Counted from the first letter of the stretch, positions 11,331 to 22,111 are shown. The stretch is DNA of 64,000 bases from Gemmatimonadales bacterium (GCA_033853695.1 JAWOLH010000068.1:9727-73726); one strand, 5' to 3'. Made by a program: numbers and translations. Notes: generated from the letters alone by a model not told the origin.

Positions 11331-12811
11331 CTCGAGATGACGACTTTCTTGTCCGTGAAGAACTGCACCGAATCCTGGCCATGGGCCTTGAGATCGCCGT
11401 AGAACGACCCCTTGGTCCCCCCGAACGGGAAGAACGCCATCGGAGCGGCGACGCCGATGTTCACGCCGATCATCGAAACGCCGCAGCGGTAGCGGAATTC
11501 GCGCGCCACCCTGCCGCTCGAGGTGAAGATCGAGGTGGCGTTGGCGTAGGGGCTCGCCTGCACGAGGGCGAGCGCCTCGTCGAGGTCAGCGGCGCGCGTG
11601 ATCGACGCCACCGGACCGAAGATCTCCTCTTTGCCGATCGTCATGGCGGGGGTGACGCCGTCGAAGATCGTCGGCCCGACGAACTGGCCCTCGGGGTAGT
11701 CGGCGACGCGGGCGGTGCGTCCGTCGAGCAGCAGGTCGGCTCCCTCCTTCACCCCGGCATCGATGTATCCGGTGACACGCTCCTTGTGACGCGCCGAGAC
11801 GACGGGTCCGAGCGTGACCCCGTGGTCCAGCCCGTAACCCAGCCTGAGTGACTTCGCGGCGCCCAGCAGTCGGTCCTTGAGCGGCCCGTAGGCGGCTCCG
11901 GTAGCCACCACGACGCTGCCGGCGAGACAGCGCTGGCCGGCACATCCGAAGAGCGACTCGGTGATGATCTGCGTGGTGCGTTCGAGGTCGGCGTCGGGCA
12001 TCACAATGATGTGGTTCTTCGCGCCGCCCAGGGCCTGCACCCGTTTGCCGTGCAGTGCCGCGGTAGCGTAGACGTGCCGCGCGACGGGCGACGAGCCGAC
12101 GAACGAGATTCCGACGATGTCCTTATGAGTCAGGAGCGCGTTGACGGCATCCCTGCCGCCGTGCACCAGGTTCAAGACGCCCGCCGGGATGCCCGCCTCG
12201 TGGGCCAGCTCGATCATGCGCTGCTGTGACAGCGGGACCTGCTCGGACGGTTTGACGATGAACGTGTTGCCGCTGGCGATCCCGTAGGGCCAGAACCACA
12301 GCGGCACCATCGCCGGGAAATTGAACGGCGTTACGCCTGCGAACACCCCCATCGGCTGGCGCACGAATTCACAATCGATGCCGGCTGCCACGTCCTCGAG
12401 CGTCGACCCCATCATCAGGGTCGGGATGCCACAGGCATGCTCCACGTTCTCGATGCCGCGGCGCACCGAGCCGCGCGCCTCGTCCAACGTCTTTCCGTTC
12501 TCCTGCGTAACGATCCCGGCCAGCTCGTCGAAGTGCGCCTCGAGCAGCGCCTTGAAGGCGAAGAGGAAGCGCGCGCGCACGACGGGGGGCGTACTGCGCC
12601 ATCTGGGGAACGCAGTCAGCGCGGCCTGCACCGCGGCGTCCACCTCGCCGGCCCCCGAGAGGGGAACCCGGCCCAGGGGCTCACCGGTGGCGGGGTTGGT
12701 GAGTGGCAGCGACTCGGCAGCCCCGGACGGGACCCAGCCTCCCCCGATGTAGTTCGAAATTGGCACGTCGGCCGCTCGGGCAGCCGACGCGATCGTTGCC
12801 GGCATTGACAA
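11321..12811 (-). CDS. mmsA: CoA-acylating methylmalonate/malonate-semialdehyde dehydrogenase
   Basis: Aldehyde dehydrogenase fold with catalytic GCAGQRC. Typical MMSDH N-terminus (ISNYIGGGWV) and C-terminus (FPFGGTKGSFYGDLKAHG). Confidence 0.85.
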   Translation of the reverse strand: MSMPATIASAARAADVPISNYIGGGWVPSGAAESLPLTNPATGEPLGRVPLSGAGEVDAAVQAALTAFPRWRSTPPVVRARFLFAFKALLEAHFDELAGIVTQENGKTLDEARGSVRRGIENVEHACGIPTLMMGSTLEDVAAGIDCEFVRQPMGVFAGVTPFNFPAMVPLWFWPYGIASGNTFIVKPSEQVPLSQQRMIELAHEAGIPAGVLNLVHGGRDAVNALLTHKDIVGISFVGSSPVARHVYATAALHGKRVQALGGAKNHIIVMPDADLERTTQIITESLFGCAGQRCLAGSVVVATGAAYGPLKDRLLGAAKSLRLGYGLDHGVTLGPVVSARHKERVTGYIDAGVKEGADLLLDGRTARVADYPEGQFVGPTIFDGVTPAMTIGKEEIFGPVASITRAADLDEALALVQASPYANATSIFTSSGRVAREFRYRCGVSMIGVNIGVAAPMAFFPFGGTKGSFYGDLKAHGQDSVQFFTDKKVVISRWL

Positions 12812-12883
12812 GCCCCTGCAATCGTCTAACTAATTGTGAAGTCCCAAGGTAGGGCACCGGACCACAAGTGGGAAGGGAGACTC

Positions 12884-13303
12884 ATGCGACTGAGGGCCTT
12901 GCTCGTGATCGGCGCCGGCGCGCTGGCGACTCTGGGATGCCCGAATTCCCTCGCACCGCATCTGGTCGGAGTGGGCGGAGGTGGTGGCGGCGCGCGGCTG
13001 CTCGTGTTCGTAGCGGAGCCATCGACCGCTCACGTCAACGCGTTCATCACTCCCGCGGTGCAAGTGGCGGTCGAGGACACCCTGGGCGTCGTAGACACCA
13101 CGGCGACGGGTGGCGTCACGCTCACGCTCAGCACCAACCCAACGGCCGCGACGCTGTCTGGAACGACGACCGTCGTCTTCGTATCGGGCTTGGCATCCTT
13201 CAACGATCTGACGATCAACCTGACGGGAACCGGCTACGTACTCAGCGCGGCCTCGGCCGGGTTTACCACGGCCGCGAGCACACCGTTCGACATCATTCCC
13301 TAG
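12884..13303 (+). CDS. hypothetical lipoprotein, Thr/Val-rich beta-strand (Ig-like?) domain
   Basis: Internal ATG of track ORF 12836..13303, preceded by GGGAGA. Signal peptide with lipobox LATLGC. Confidence 0.6.
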   Translation: MRLRALLVIGAGALATLGCPNSLAPHLVGVGGGGGGARLLVFVAEPSTAHVNAFITPAVQVAVEDTLGVVDTTATGGVTLTLSTNPTAATLSGTTTVVFVSGLASFNDLTINLTGTGYVLSAASAGFTTAASTPFDIIP

Positions 13304-13304
13304 G

Positions 13305-14966
13305 TTACCCGGCGGTGGCCATGGTGAGGGTGTGGCCCCGCGTCTTCAATGCCTGAAGCATGGTCGACTTCTCGATGGAGCGCAGGTAGGCTTCGTCGGG
13401 GGTGATCTGCTTCTTCTCCACCAGCTCGAGCAGGCTGTCGTTCAACGTGATCATGCCGATCTTGCGGCTCGTCTGGATGATCGACGGAATCTGAAACGTC
13501 TTCCCCTCGCGAATCAGGTTTGACACCGCCGGCGTGGTGAGCAGGATCTCGCGCGCCGCGACGCGCCCACCGCCGACCTTCTTGCACAACGTTTGGCTGA
13601 TGACACCCTTGAGCGACTCGGACAGCATGACGCGGATCTGCGCCTGGCGGTCGGCGGGGAACTGGTCGATGATGCGATCGACGGTCGAGGCGGCGGTCGT
13701 GGTGTGCAGCGTACCGAACACGAGGTGCCCCGTCTCCGCGGTCTCGATGGCGATGGCGATGGTCTCGAGGTCGCGCATCTCTCCCACGAGGACGATGTCG
13801 GGATCCTCCCGCAGCGCCGCCCGCAACGCCGTCTTGAAGCTCTCCGTGTGGAGATGGACCTGGCGCTGCGTGATGAGGCAGCGCTTGTTCTCGTGTACGA
13901 ATTCGATCGGGTCCTCGATCGTCACGATGTGGTCGGTGCGTTCCCGGTTGATCAGATCGATCAAGGCGCACAGCGTCGTGGACTTGCCGGAGCCGGTCGG
14001 GCCGGAGACGAGTACGAGGCCCTTGCTGAGGAACGCGAGCTGCGTGATGTCCTTGCCGAGCCCCAGCTCTTCGACGGTGACGACCTTCGCCGGGATGACG
14101 CGGAACACCGCGACGGGGCCCTTGCGATCGCGGGCGGCGTTGACGCGGAAGCGCGCCAGCCCCGGGATCTCATAGGCGAAATCGGTGTCGCCCGTCTCCT
14201 TCCACTCCCCACGATTCCGCTCCGGCATGATGGCGAGCAGCGTGAGCGCCAGCTGGTCGGCGGAGAGCGCGGTCCCCTTCTGGCGGGTGATCTCGCCGTG
14301 GGTCCGGAATACCGGCGGCTCGCCGACCCGCAGATGCAGGTCCGACGATTCGCTCTGCACCAGCTCCTTGAGCAGGTCGCCGAGGCGCATCTCGGCGGCG
14401 TGATACTGGTCGCTGGCGAACTCGGCGGGGAGCGTCGTCGGGGGCGGGGCGGGCGGGCGGGGTTCAGTTGTAAGCGGCGCCACCGGCGTCTCGACCATGG
14501 GAGCGGCGGCGATCGCCGAGGGGCGCGGCGGACGGGGCGGGAGTCCGGCGGGCTTCACCCCCGGTGGGCGCGGCGTCATGCCCGGGGGAGCGCGGCGCTG
14601 GTCCACGAGGGGCGCACCGGCCCGCGCTGCGAGCGGCTCGGGCTCGGGTTCTGCCGCGGGGCGGCGGACGGGGGCAATGATCGCCGTCAGGCGCCCCGTT
14701 TCGGGCACGATGCGCACTTTGACGAGACCGCGATCGGCGACGTAATCGAACTCGGTCTCGGCGCGCCGGTCGATCTTGTCCGCGGCATCCGACGGCGCGA
14801 CCTCGGTCAGCAGCGCGTAGATGTGGGCATCGGTGAGCGGCTGTTTGCTCACTTTCCGGGGCTTGCCCGCCTTCACGATCGTCACCGGCTCGTCGGGCAG
14901 CAGGTAGAGCTGATCGCCCTGCTCGCGGAGCAGGACGTCGACGAAGGGATCGAGGCGCGTCGCCAC
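13305..14966 (-). CDS. PilT-family type IV pilus retraction-like ATPase with about 200-aa N-terminal extension
   Basis: Walker A GPTGSGKST, Walker B/Asp box IVLVGEMRD, His box TGHLVFGTLHT. The extension is a degenerate second PilT N-domain followed by a Pro-rich linker. Confidence 0.85.
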   Translation of the reverse strand: MATRLDPFVDVLLREQGDQLYLLPDEPVTIVKAGKPRKVSKQPLTDAHIYALLTEVAPSDAADKIDRRAETEFDYVADRGLVKVRIVPETGRLTAIIAPVRRPAAEPEPEPLAARAGAPLVDQRRAPPGMTPRPPGVKPAGLPPRPPRPSAIAAAPMVETPVAPLTTEPRPPAPPPTTLPAEFASDQYHAAEMRLGDLLKELVQSESSDLHLRVGEPPVFRTHGEITRQKGTALSADQLALTLLAIMPERNRGEWKETGDTDFAYEIPGLARFRVNAARDRKGPVAVFRVIPAKVVTVEELGLGKDITQLAFLSKGLVLVSGPTGSGKSTTLCALIDLINRERTDHIVTIEDPIEFVHENKRCLITQRQVHLHTESFKTALRAALREDPDIVLVGEMRDLETIAIAIETAETGHLVFGTLHTTTAASTVDRIIDQFPADRQAQIRVMLSESLKGVISQTLCKKVGGGRVAAREILLTTPAVSNLIREGKTFQIPSIIQTSRKIGMITLNDSLLELVEKKQITPDEAYLRSIEKSTMLQALKTRGHTLTMATAG

Positions 14967-14969
14967 GGG

Positions 14970-15473
14970 TCAGTCCCGCGGACGCGCAAACAGGACGTGC
15001 GCGCGGTTCACGAAATGGGTGCTCTCCTCGGTTGACAGCTCGAAGAACGGGGCCGTAGTGGCATTGAGATAATCGAGAGCGCGCGAATGCTGCTCCGGCA
15101 ATTCGACCGCCGCCCGGCCGGCCAACGTGGAGCCGTTGGCGAGGACCAGCTCCAGCTGCAGCTCTTTCGCGGCCGACAGCCGGTCGGGATCGCCGACCGG
15201 TCCGTGGTCGATCGTCAGGGCCACCGTCTGTCCCTTCGCCACGAGCAGGATCTCACCGTCGTTGGGGCGAAACGGGAAGAACGACTCCGGCCGGTTGAGC
15301 ATCTCCAGGGGCGTTTCGGGGCCATCGTGCTGGGGCACCCGGGCGCTTACGAAAATCGTCCCGGCGCGGGGCTTCCCGGTCGTCAGGGTGACGCGAGCCG
15401 GAAGGGCCGCCCGCGGCAGCAGAAACCCGCTCACGCCGGCCTCAGGGACGGGCGCCGTCAGCGGGTGCGGCAC
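14970..15473 (-). CDS. hypothetical protein (167 aa), co-operonic with the PilT-like ATPase
   Basis: Track ORF with codon usage like its neighbours. Its stop lies 4 nt before the pilT-like start. I recognise no motif. Confidence 0.55.
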   Translation of the reverse strand: MPHPLTAPVPEAGVSGFLLPRAALPARVTLTTGKPRAGTIFVSARVPQHDGPETPLEMLNRPESFFPFRPNDGEILLVAKGQTVALTIDHGPVGDPDRLSAAKELQLELVLANGSTLAGRAAVELPEQHSRALDYLNATTAPFFELSTEESTHFVNRAHVLFARPRD

Positions 15474-15727
15474 TGGACGGAGTCCGGCTGGACCCGCCCG
15501 CAGGCGATCGATTCGTCCATCCCCGATGCCAGGGGCCCGCAGGCCGTCGTCTGCGCTCCGTCACGGGCATCCTGCTCGGTGGCGCCGGCGGCCGTGGCGC
15601 AGTTGCTGCGCCCATGGTAGGTGACGCAGACCTGGCAGCGATGGCCGGCTTGCGAGGTCGTGCTGTAGATGGCCAAGCCGGCGATAACCGCGATCGCCAG
15701 CAGCGTCACCACGGTGGAACGTTTCAC
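15458..15727 (-). CDS. small membrane-anchored Cys-rich protein (89 aa)
   Basis: N-terminal TM (VVTLLAIAVIAGLAIY) followed by 6 Cys. Overlaps the next gene by 16 nt. Confidence 0.5.
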   Translation of the reverse strand: MKRSTVVTLLAIAVIAGLAIYSTTSQAGHRCQVCVTYHGRSNCATAAGATEQDARDGAQTTACGPLASGMDESIACGRVQPDSVQCRTR

Positions 15728-15783
15728 GGTCCTCTCCGTGTTGCGGTGTGGACGGACGGTCCGCTCCTAAGCTAACATCCGGT

Positions 15784-17634
15784 ATGGCTGAAGAGAAAAA
15801 GCAAAAGCACGGAATCAGCGCCGCCGCCTGGCAGGAGGCCCGCGCCCTGGTCTGGGCCCATCGCCGGCGACTCGCGCTCGGCCTCGGCCTGCTTGTCATC
15901 AATCGACTGACAGGCCTCGTATTGCCGTCTTCGTCCAAAATGGTGATCGATCGGGTGATCGGCCAGAAGCAGCCCGACTTGCTGGTGTGGGTCGCGCTGG
16001 CGGTTGCCGGCGCCACGCTGATCCAGGCGGTGACGTCGTTCGCCCTGTCCCAGATCCTCGGTGTCGCCGCTCAGCGGGCGATCACCGACATGCGGCGCAG
16101 CGTGCAACAGTACGTGCTGCGGCTCCCGACGAGCTACTACGACTCGACCAAGACGGGCGTGCTCATCTCCCGCGTGATGACCGACGCCGAGGGGATCCGC
16201 AACCTGGTGGGGACGGGATTGGTCCAGCTGCTCGGCGGCGTGATCACCGCCGTGATCGCCCTGGGCGTGCTGGTCGTTTTGAATTGGCGGCTGACGGCGT
16301 TCTCGATTCTCGCCCTCGGGGCGTTCGGCGGCGGGATGGCCTACGCCTTCACGAAGCTGCGCCCGCTCTTCCGCGAGCGCTCGAAGATCAACGCCGAGGT
16401 GACGGGCCGGCTGGCCGAGACGCTGGGCGGGATCCGGATCGTGAAGGCGTATCACGCCGAGCGCGGCGAGCGGCTCGTCTTTACTCGTGGCGTGAACAAG
16501 CTGTTCCGCAACATCGCGGCGACGATGACCGGGATCTCGGCGGTCGGGGCGTTCTCGGGGGTCGTGATCGGGGCGATCGGCGTGATCATGATCCTCGTCG
16601 GCGGGCGCGCCGTCCTCAGCGGATCGATGACCCTCGGCGGTCTCGTCATGTACCTGCTGTTCACCGGGATGCTGGCCATGCCGGTGATCCAGATCGCGTC
16701 GATCGGCACGCAGATCACCGAGGCGTTTGCCGGAATCGACCGGATTCTCGAGTTGCGCTCGCAGGTGACGGAGGATGCCGGGGACGAGGCCCGCGCGCCC
16801 CTCGGCGTCGTCCAGGGCGATGTCGAGTTCCAGGACGTCACCTTCGCCTACAAGCCGGGGGTCGACGTCGTAAAGCACGTCTCGTTCCGCGCCCCCGCCG
16901 GCTCGACCACGGCGCTGGTCGGCTCGTCGGGGGCGGGGAAGAGCACCGTGATCGGTCTCGCCATGGCGTTTCACCGGCCGGAGTCGGGCCGGGTGCTGAT
17001 CGACGACCGGGACCTCGCCACCGTGCCGCTGCGCGACTACCGCACGCAGCTCGGCGTGGTGCTGCAGGACAATTTTCTCTTCGATGGGACGATCGCGGAG
17101 AACATCCGGTTCGCCCGCCCTCACGCGACCCGCGCCGAAGTCGAGGCGGCCGCCCGGATCGCACACTGTGATCAGTTCGTGGCGCGCTTCGAGCAGGGAC
17201 TCGACACCGTCGTGGGGGAGCGGGGGGTGAAGCTGTCGGGAGGCGAGCGCCAGCGCGTGGCGATCGCGCGGGCCATCGTGGCGGATCCGCGCATTCTCAT
17301 CCTCGACGAGGCGACCTCGAGCCTCGATTCGGAGAGCGAGGGCTTCATCCAGGACGGGCTGCGCTCGCTGCGGCGCGGGCGGACGACGTTCGTCATCGCG
17401 CACCGGCTCTCCACCATCCAGAGCGCCGATCAGATCCTCGTCATGGAGGGGGGCGAAATCGTGGAGCGGGGGACCCACGCGGACCTCCTGGCCCGCGGCG
17501 GGCGCTACCGTCAGCTCTACGACAAGCAGTACCGGTTCGAGCGGGATCGGTTCATCAATCCGGGGGAGGACTTTACGCCCGAACCGGAATCGGTGGCGGT
17601 GCCGACCGCTGTGGCGCCGCCGCAGCGGCTGTAG
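15784..17634 (+). CDS. ABC transporter permease/ATP-binding fusion (MsbA-like type I exporter)
   Basis: Six-TM N-terminal domain. Walker A GSSGAGKST, signature LSGGERQR, Walker B ILILDEATS. ATG 15784 is preferred over the track GTG 15748. Confidence 0.85.
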   Translation: MAEEKKQKHGISAAAWQEARALVWAHRRRLALGLGLLVINRLTGLVLPSSSKMVIDRVIGQKQPDLLVWVALAVAGATLIQAVTSFALSQILGVAAQRAITDMRRSVQQYVLRLPTSYYDSTKTGVLISRVMTDAEGIRNLVGTGLVQLLGGVITAVIALGVLVVLNWRLTAFSILALGAFGGGMAYAFTKLRPLFRERSKINAEVTGRLAETLGGIRIVKAYHAERGERLVFTRGVNKLFRNIAATMTGISAVGAFSGVVIGAIGVIMILVGGRAVLSGSMTLGGLVMYLLFTGMLAMPVIQIASIGTQITEAFAGIDRILELRSQVTEDAGDEARAPLGVVQGDVEFQDVTFAYKPGVDVVKHVSFRAPAGSTTALVGSSGAGKSTVIGLAMAFHRPESGRVLIDDRDLATVPLRDYRTQLGVVLQDNFLFDGTIAENIRFARPHATRAEVEAAARIAHCDQFVARFEQGLDTVVGERGVKLSGGERQRVAIARAIVADPRILILDEATSSLDSESEGFIQDGLRSLRRGRTTFVIAHRLSTIQSADQILVMEGGEIVERGTHADLLARGGRYRQLYDKQYRFERDRFINPGEDFTPEPESVAVPTAVAPPQRL

Positions 17635-17649
17635 GTCAGCGTCCTGCCG

Positions 17650-18123
17650 CTACGCGGCTTGCGTCTGCTTTTCGAGGAGCTCCATCTGATACTCGATCCG
17701 CCCCCGCGTCTGGGAGCGGTCATCCCCGATGGCCTGAAGCGCCTCGTGGTAGCAGTCCCGGGCGGCCGCGACGTTCCCGTGTGACGCCTCGAAGTTGCCG
17801 AGGGCGAGCAGTGCCTCGACGGCGATCGTCGGCTCGCCGGCGCGCAGCGCGACGTCGACCGATGTGCGGCAGGTCTCGCGCGCCGCGGCGAGCTCGTTGC
17901 GTTGATGGTGGAGCACGCCGAGGCGACGCAGGCCGACCGCCTGCGCGGCCCATGCGCCGCACCAGGCTGCTTCGGCGACCGCCGCCATGCAGCAGTCCAT
18001 CGCCTCGCGGATGCGACCCGCGCGCTCGTGCTGCCGCGCCTCCTGCAGCAGCTCAGCGGTCCGCAAGACACCATCCACGTGCTTTGCGCTCACCTCGGGT
18101 GCTCCATGTGCGACGAGTGTCAT
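17650..18123 (-). CDS. tetratricopeptide-repeat-like protein
   Basis: Ala/Leu-rich helical repeats (..AIAVEALLALGNFEASHGNVAAARDCYHEALQ..). Start uncertain (18123 or 18159). Confidence 0.45.
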   Translation of the reverse strand: MTLVAHGAPEVSAKHVDGVLRTAELLQEARQHERAGRIREAMDCCMAAVAEAAWCGAWAAQAVGLRRLGVLHHQRNELAAARETCRTSVDVALRAGEPTIAVEALLALGNFEASHGNVAAARDCYHEALQAIGDDRSQTRGRIEYQMELLEKQTQAA

Positions 18124-18594
18124 GGGCGATCGGCTACCCTCCTGCAAATCTTGTCGCAAATGCGGTGCCAGTCTGTGGCGCAGGGCACACGCCGGGGAGG
18201 AGTGATGTCACGCGCCGGGAAACGCGATGCGCCAGGGATTTCGAGTCCCTGGCGCATTGCGCAACGAAGGCGTCGCGCGCACGGCGCTGCCCCCTATGTC
18301 GTGCCGCAAGAGTCGAGGCATGCGGGGAAGGCGCTTCCCGGTCCGACTCGACGCCTCCCCGCCGCCCCGTATGTCCCATCCCGTTCTGAGGAATCCGGAG
18401 GGAGGTGCCGGGAACCGTGCACTGTACCCGGCCGCCGGCGCGGCGCCTCGGGACGCCGCCTTTGCCGGCGAGAAATCCTCCCCATCACCTGCTGCGAATT
18501 GTCCGAGCAACTCCCGGGCCAGCCTGCCGCATCTCGGGTCGCCCCGGTAATTCCTTGCTGAGCAATCAGTTAGGAGTTCCGGGGTTTCACCGAG

Positions 18595-19902
18595 TCAACC
18601 TCGTGCCACACCCGCGATGTTGCGTTCGTGAAACTGCTCTTCCTCGGTCGAGCCCTTCATCGCGATCGACGACGAGCGCCCGCCGGTGACGATGTCGGTC
18701 ACCTGATCGAAGTAAGGCACGCCGACGAACTCCTGGTGCCGCACCGCTTCGTAGCCGTCCTGCTCCGCCGCGAACTCGCGTTGCTGCAGGTCGGAGTAGG
18801 CGGCCATGCCGCGCTCCCTGTAGCCCTTCGCCAGCTCGAACATGGCGTAATTCATCGCATGGAACGCCGACAGGGTCACGAACTGGAACTTGTAGCCCAT
18901 CGCTCCGAGCTCGCTCTGGAAACCGGCGATCTGCCGGTCGGACAGATGCTGCTTCCAGTTGAAGGACGGGGAGCAGTTGTACGCCATCATCTTTCCCGGG
19001 AACTTGGCGTGAATCGCCGCGGCGAACTCCTGCGCCTGCTCCATGTCGGGCTTGCTCGTCTCGAACCAGAGCAGATCGGCGTATGGAGCGTACGCCAGAC
19101 CACGGGCGATCGCGGCGCGGATTCCCGGCTGCACGGCGACGAAGCCTTCCGGCGTGCGGTCGCCGATGACGAACTCCCGGTCGTAGGGATCGATGTCGTT
19201 AGCCAGGATCGTGGCGCTCAGGGCATCGGTCCGCGCGATCAGCACGGTGGGAACGTCCATCACGTCGGCCGCCAGGCGCGCCGCCACGAGCTTGGTGATG
19301 AACTCGCTCGTCGGGACGAGCACCTTGCCGCCCAGGTGACCGCACTTCTTGAGTGAGGCAAGCTGGTCTTCGAAATGCACGCCGGCCGCTCCGGCGCGGA
19401 TCATGTGCTTCATCAGCTCGTAGGCGTTGAGCAAGCCACCGAACCCGGCTTCCGCGTCCGCTACCAGCGGAGCGTACCAGTCGATCTCGGTCCGCCCGTT
19501 CATGTGGTCGATCTCATCCGCCCGCTGTAGCGCGTTGTTGATGCGCTCCACCAGACGCGGCACGCTGTCGGCGGGGTAAAGGCTCTGATCGGGATAGGTC
19601 TCGAGCGACGTGTTCATGTCGCCTGCGACCTGCCAGCCGGAGATGTAGATGGCCTTGAGCCCGGCCTTCACTTCCTGCACCGCCTGCCCGCCGCTCACCG
19701 CCGACAGGGCGGCGATGTAGGACTCATCGTGCAGCAGGTGCCACAGCTTGGTGGCGCCCGCTTCCGCCAGCGTATAGCTGATGTCCAGCGAACCCTTGAG
19801 CCGCCAGACGTCCTCGGCGCCGTAAGGCCGGGCACTGCCGGCCCAGCGCGGACTCGACGCCCAGCGGCGCTCCAGGTCGGCGATGAATTGCTGTTTCGGC
19901 AT
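18595..19902 (-). CDS. aceA: isocitrate lyase
   Basis: 435 aa with signature [13 protein letters not shown]. Confidence 0.9.
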   Translation of the reverse strand: MPKQQFIADLERRWASSPRWAGSARPYGAEDVWRLKGSLDISYTLAEAGATKLWHLLHDESYIAALSAVSGGQAVQEVKAGLKAIYISGWQVAGDMNTSLETYPDQSLYPADSVPRLVERINNALQRADEIDHMNGRTEIDWYAPLVADAEAGFGGLLNAYELMKHMIRAGAAGVHFEDQLASLKKCGHLGGKVLVPTSEFITKLVAARLAADVMDVPTVLIARTDALSATILANDIDPYDREFVIGDRTPEGFVAVQPGIRAAIARGLAYAPYADLLWFETSKPDMEQAQEFAAAIHAKFPGKMMAYNCSPSFNWKQHLSDRQIAGFQSELGAMGYKFQFVTLSAFHAMNYAMFELAKGYRERGMAAYSDLQQREFAAEQDGYEAVRHQEFVGVPYFDQVTDIVTGGRSSSIAMKGSTEEEQFHERNIAGVARG

Positions 19903-19918
19903 ACGTCCCCTCCGAGGA

Positions 19919-21574
19919 CTAGTCGAGATACTCGTACCCCACGGTCGTCAAAAACTCCGGGAAGTCCGCCCCGGTCATCATCTGATCGAAGAGCTTCGAC
20001 GCGAGCGCAAACTTGCCGGAGTCGAAGCGGGCGGGGCCGAGCCGCTCGCGCAGCTGGCCCAGCTCGTCCCGGATCGTGTGCCGCACGAGCTCCGCGGTTA
20101 CCCGGCGCCCATCCGCAAGCTTCGCGCCGTGCGCCAGCCACTGCCACACCTGGGTGCGCGAGATTTCGGCCGTCGCGGCGTCCTCCATCAGATTGTAGAT
20201 CGGGACGCACCCGACGCCGGAGAGCCACGCTTCGAGGTACTGGATCCCTACGTCGATATTGGTGCGCAGCCCCTGGAACGTGATCTCGCCGTCAGGGACG
20301 GCGAGCAGGTCCTGCGCGGTGACGTGCACGTCTGGGCGCGTCACCTGCAGTTGGTGGGAAGCCGCCATCTGGGCGTCGAACACGCCCCTGGCCACCGGCA
20401 CCAGCCCTGGATGCGCTACCCAGGTACCGTCATGCCCGGCATTGACCTCCCGTAGCTTGTCCTGCGTGACCTTGGCGAGGGCGGCCGCATTGGCCGCCGG
20501 ATCGTTTTTGATCGGGATCTGGGCCGCCATGCCGCCCATCGCGTGAATGCGGCGGCGGTGGCAGGTTTGAATCAACAGGCCGACGTACGCCTTGAGGAAT
20601 GCCTTGTCCATCGTGACCGCGGAGCGGTCGGGGAGGACGAACCGCGGATCGTTCCGGAACTTCTTGATGAAGCTGAAGATGTAATCCCAGCGCCCGCAGT
20701 TCAGCCCAGCGGAGTGGTCGCGCAGCTCCCACAGGATCTCGTGCATCTCGTAAGCGGCGAGAATCGTCTCGATGAGGACGGTCGCCCGGATCGTGCCCCG
20801 GGGCAGGCCCAGCGCCTGCTGAGCGGCGACGAACACGTCATTCCACAGCCGCGCCTCGAGATGGCTCTCCATCTTCGGCAGGTAGAAGTACGGGCCCGTG
20901 CCCTTGCGGCACAGCGCCATGGCGTTGTGGAAGAAAAACAGCCCGAAATCGAAGAGCGAAGCCGATATCGGTCGGCCGTCCACCAGCACGTGCTTTTCCA
21001 CCAGGTGCCAGCCGCGCGGCCGGACCATCAGCGTCGCGGTTGCCGGGGCGAGGGAGTAGTGCTTCCCCTCCGGGCTGTCGTACGCGATCGTCCCGCGTAT
21101 CGCGTCGTACAGGTTCATCTGGCCGTCGATCGTGCCCGCCCAGGTGGGCGAGTGCGAATCCTCGAAATCGGCCATGAACACGCGCGCCCCTGAATTGAGG
21201 GCGTTGATGATCATCTTGCGGTCGACAGGGCCGGTGATCTCCACCCGGCGGTCCATGAGGTCCTGGGGGATTGGGGCGACCACCCAGTCGGATTCCCGGA
21301 TCGCGCGCGTGTCGCGGAGGAAGTCGGGGCGCTCGCCATCGAGGATGCGCTGCTGGCGCGCGGCCCGGGCGGCGAGCAGCGCGCGACGCCGGTCTTCGAA
21401 CGTCCTGGCGAGCTGCGCGACGAACCCCACGGCGTCGGCGGTCAGGATCCGGCTCGCGGCGGGGGCGTCGAGGGGGTATATCTCGACCCCGGCTACTGCT
21501 GGCGGCGCCCCTTCGCCGGGGCGGACGGCGGTTTGCGCCGACGCGCTGGTCATGGATGGGCGCGTGTCTGGCAA
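19919..21574 (-). CDS. aceB: malate synthase A
   Basis: 551 aa with conserved [18 protein letters not shown]. Lies directly upstream of aceA (16-nt gap). Confidence 0.9.
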   Translation of the reverse strand: MPDTRPSMTSASAQTAVRPGEGAPPAVAGVEIYPLDAPAASRILTADAVGFVAQLARTFEDRRRALLAARAARQQRILDGERPDFLRDTRAIRESDWVVAPIPQDLMDRRVEITGPVDRKMIINALNSGARVFMADFEDSHSPTWAGTIDGQMNLYDAIRGTIAYDSPEGKHYSLAPATATLMVRPRGWHLVEKHVLVDGRPISASLFDFGLFFFHNAMALCRKGTGPYFYLPKMESHLEARLWNDVFVAAQQALGLPRGTIRATVLIETILAAYEMHEILWELRDHSAGLNCGRWDYIFSFIKKFRNDPRFVLPDRSAVTMDKAFLKAYVGLLIQTCHRRRIHAMGGMAAQIPIKNDPAANAAALAKVTQDKLREVNAGHDGTWVAHPGLVPVARGVFDAQMAASHQLQVTRPDVHVTAQDLLAVPDGEITFQGLRTNIDVGIQYLEAWLSGVGCVPIYNLMEDAATAEISRTQVWQWLAHGAKLADGRRVTAELVRHTIRDELGQLRERLGPARFDSGKFALASKLFDQMMTGADFPEFLTTVGYEYLD

Positions 21575-21772
21575 ATGTCGTGCCTCATGGAGGGTGGGTG
21601 CGACAGTGTCGTTCCGTCAACGCACATGGCGAAAAGGATCAGGGCTACGATACAAAGCCTGTTGCGGGCATGCCACATGAGTCTTGAACCCTTGGCTGTC
21701 GCTCGAGTTCGTCAATCCGTGGCGGTGCGGCCATGTGGAAGTAGATGTGTGACGCGTGACACGTTGCAGTAA

Positions 21773-22111
21773 GTGGCTGATGCGTCGTGGGCTAGGCTCC
21801 GTCGCACCTTGCGACCATGGGGCATAGCTCTTGCGCTGCTGTGGTGCAGCCCCGAGTGGGGCATTCGTTTCCCCGTACGATCGGAGCCTCTGGCCATGGG
21901 GTCGGGTCGACGCATAAGCGGTGAGCGGCGGCGCGTCGAGCGTCGTGAGAGCGCTGAGCGCCGCCAGCAGGTGATCGCAGTGGCCATCGAGCGCCGGAGC
22001 GGCATCGACCGCCGCATGGTACTCGATCGCCGTTCGGGTCTCGATCGCCGACTCGTGGCCGATCGCCGCCAGAGCGTTCGACCCCCCGCACGGCAGGAAA
22101 CCCGGGTTTAG
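21773..22111 (+). CDS. possible small Arg-rich protein with (E/D)RRSG(I/L)DRR repeats
   Basis: Track ORF with an internal ATG at 21896 that gives 71 aa. Repeats ERRSGIDRR / DRRSGLDRR / ADRR. Third-codon positions are mostly G/C. No homolog recalled. Confidence 0.3.
   Translation: MADASWARLRRTLRPWGIALALLWCSPEWGIRFPVRSEPLAMGSGRRISGERRRVERRESAERRQQVIAVAIERRSGIDRRMVLDRRSGLDRRLVADRRQSVRPPARQETRV

Noticed and set aside
18229-18255. Perfect 10-bp inverted repeat GCGCCAGGGA-tttcgag-TCCCTGGCGC in the 435-bp gap between aceA and the TPR gene.
   Set aside because: It lies 340 nt from the aceA stop and has no U-tract. No function can be assigned from sequence alone.
21748-21763. TGTGACGCGTGACAC upstream of aceB, considered as a CRP/FNR-type site.
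   Set aside because: The right half is not the inverted TCACA. It is a direct GTGAC repeat rather than a dyad.
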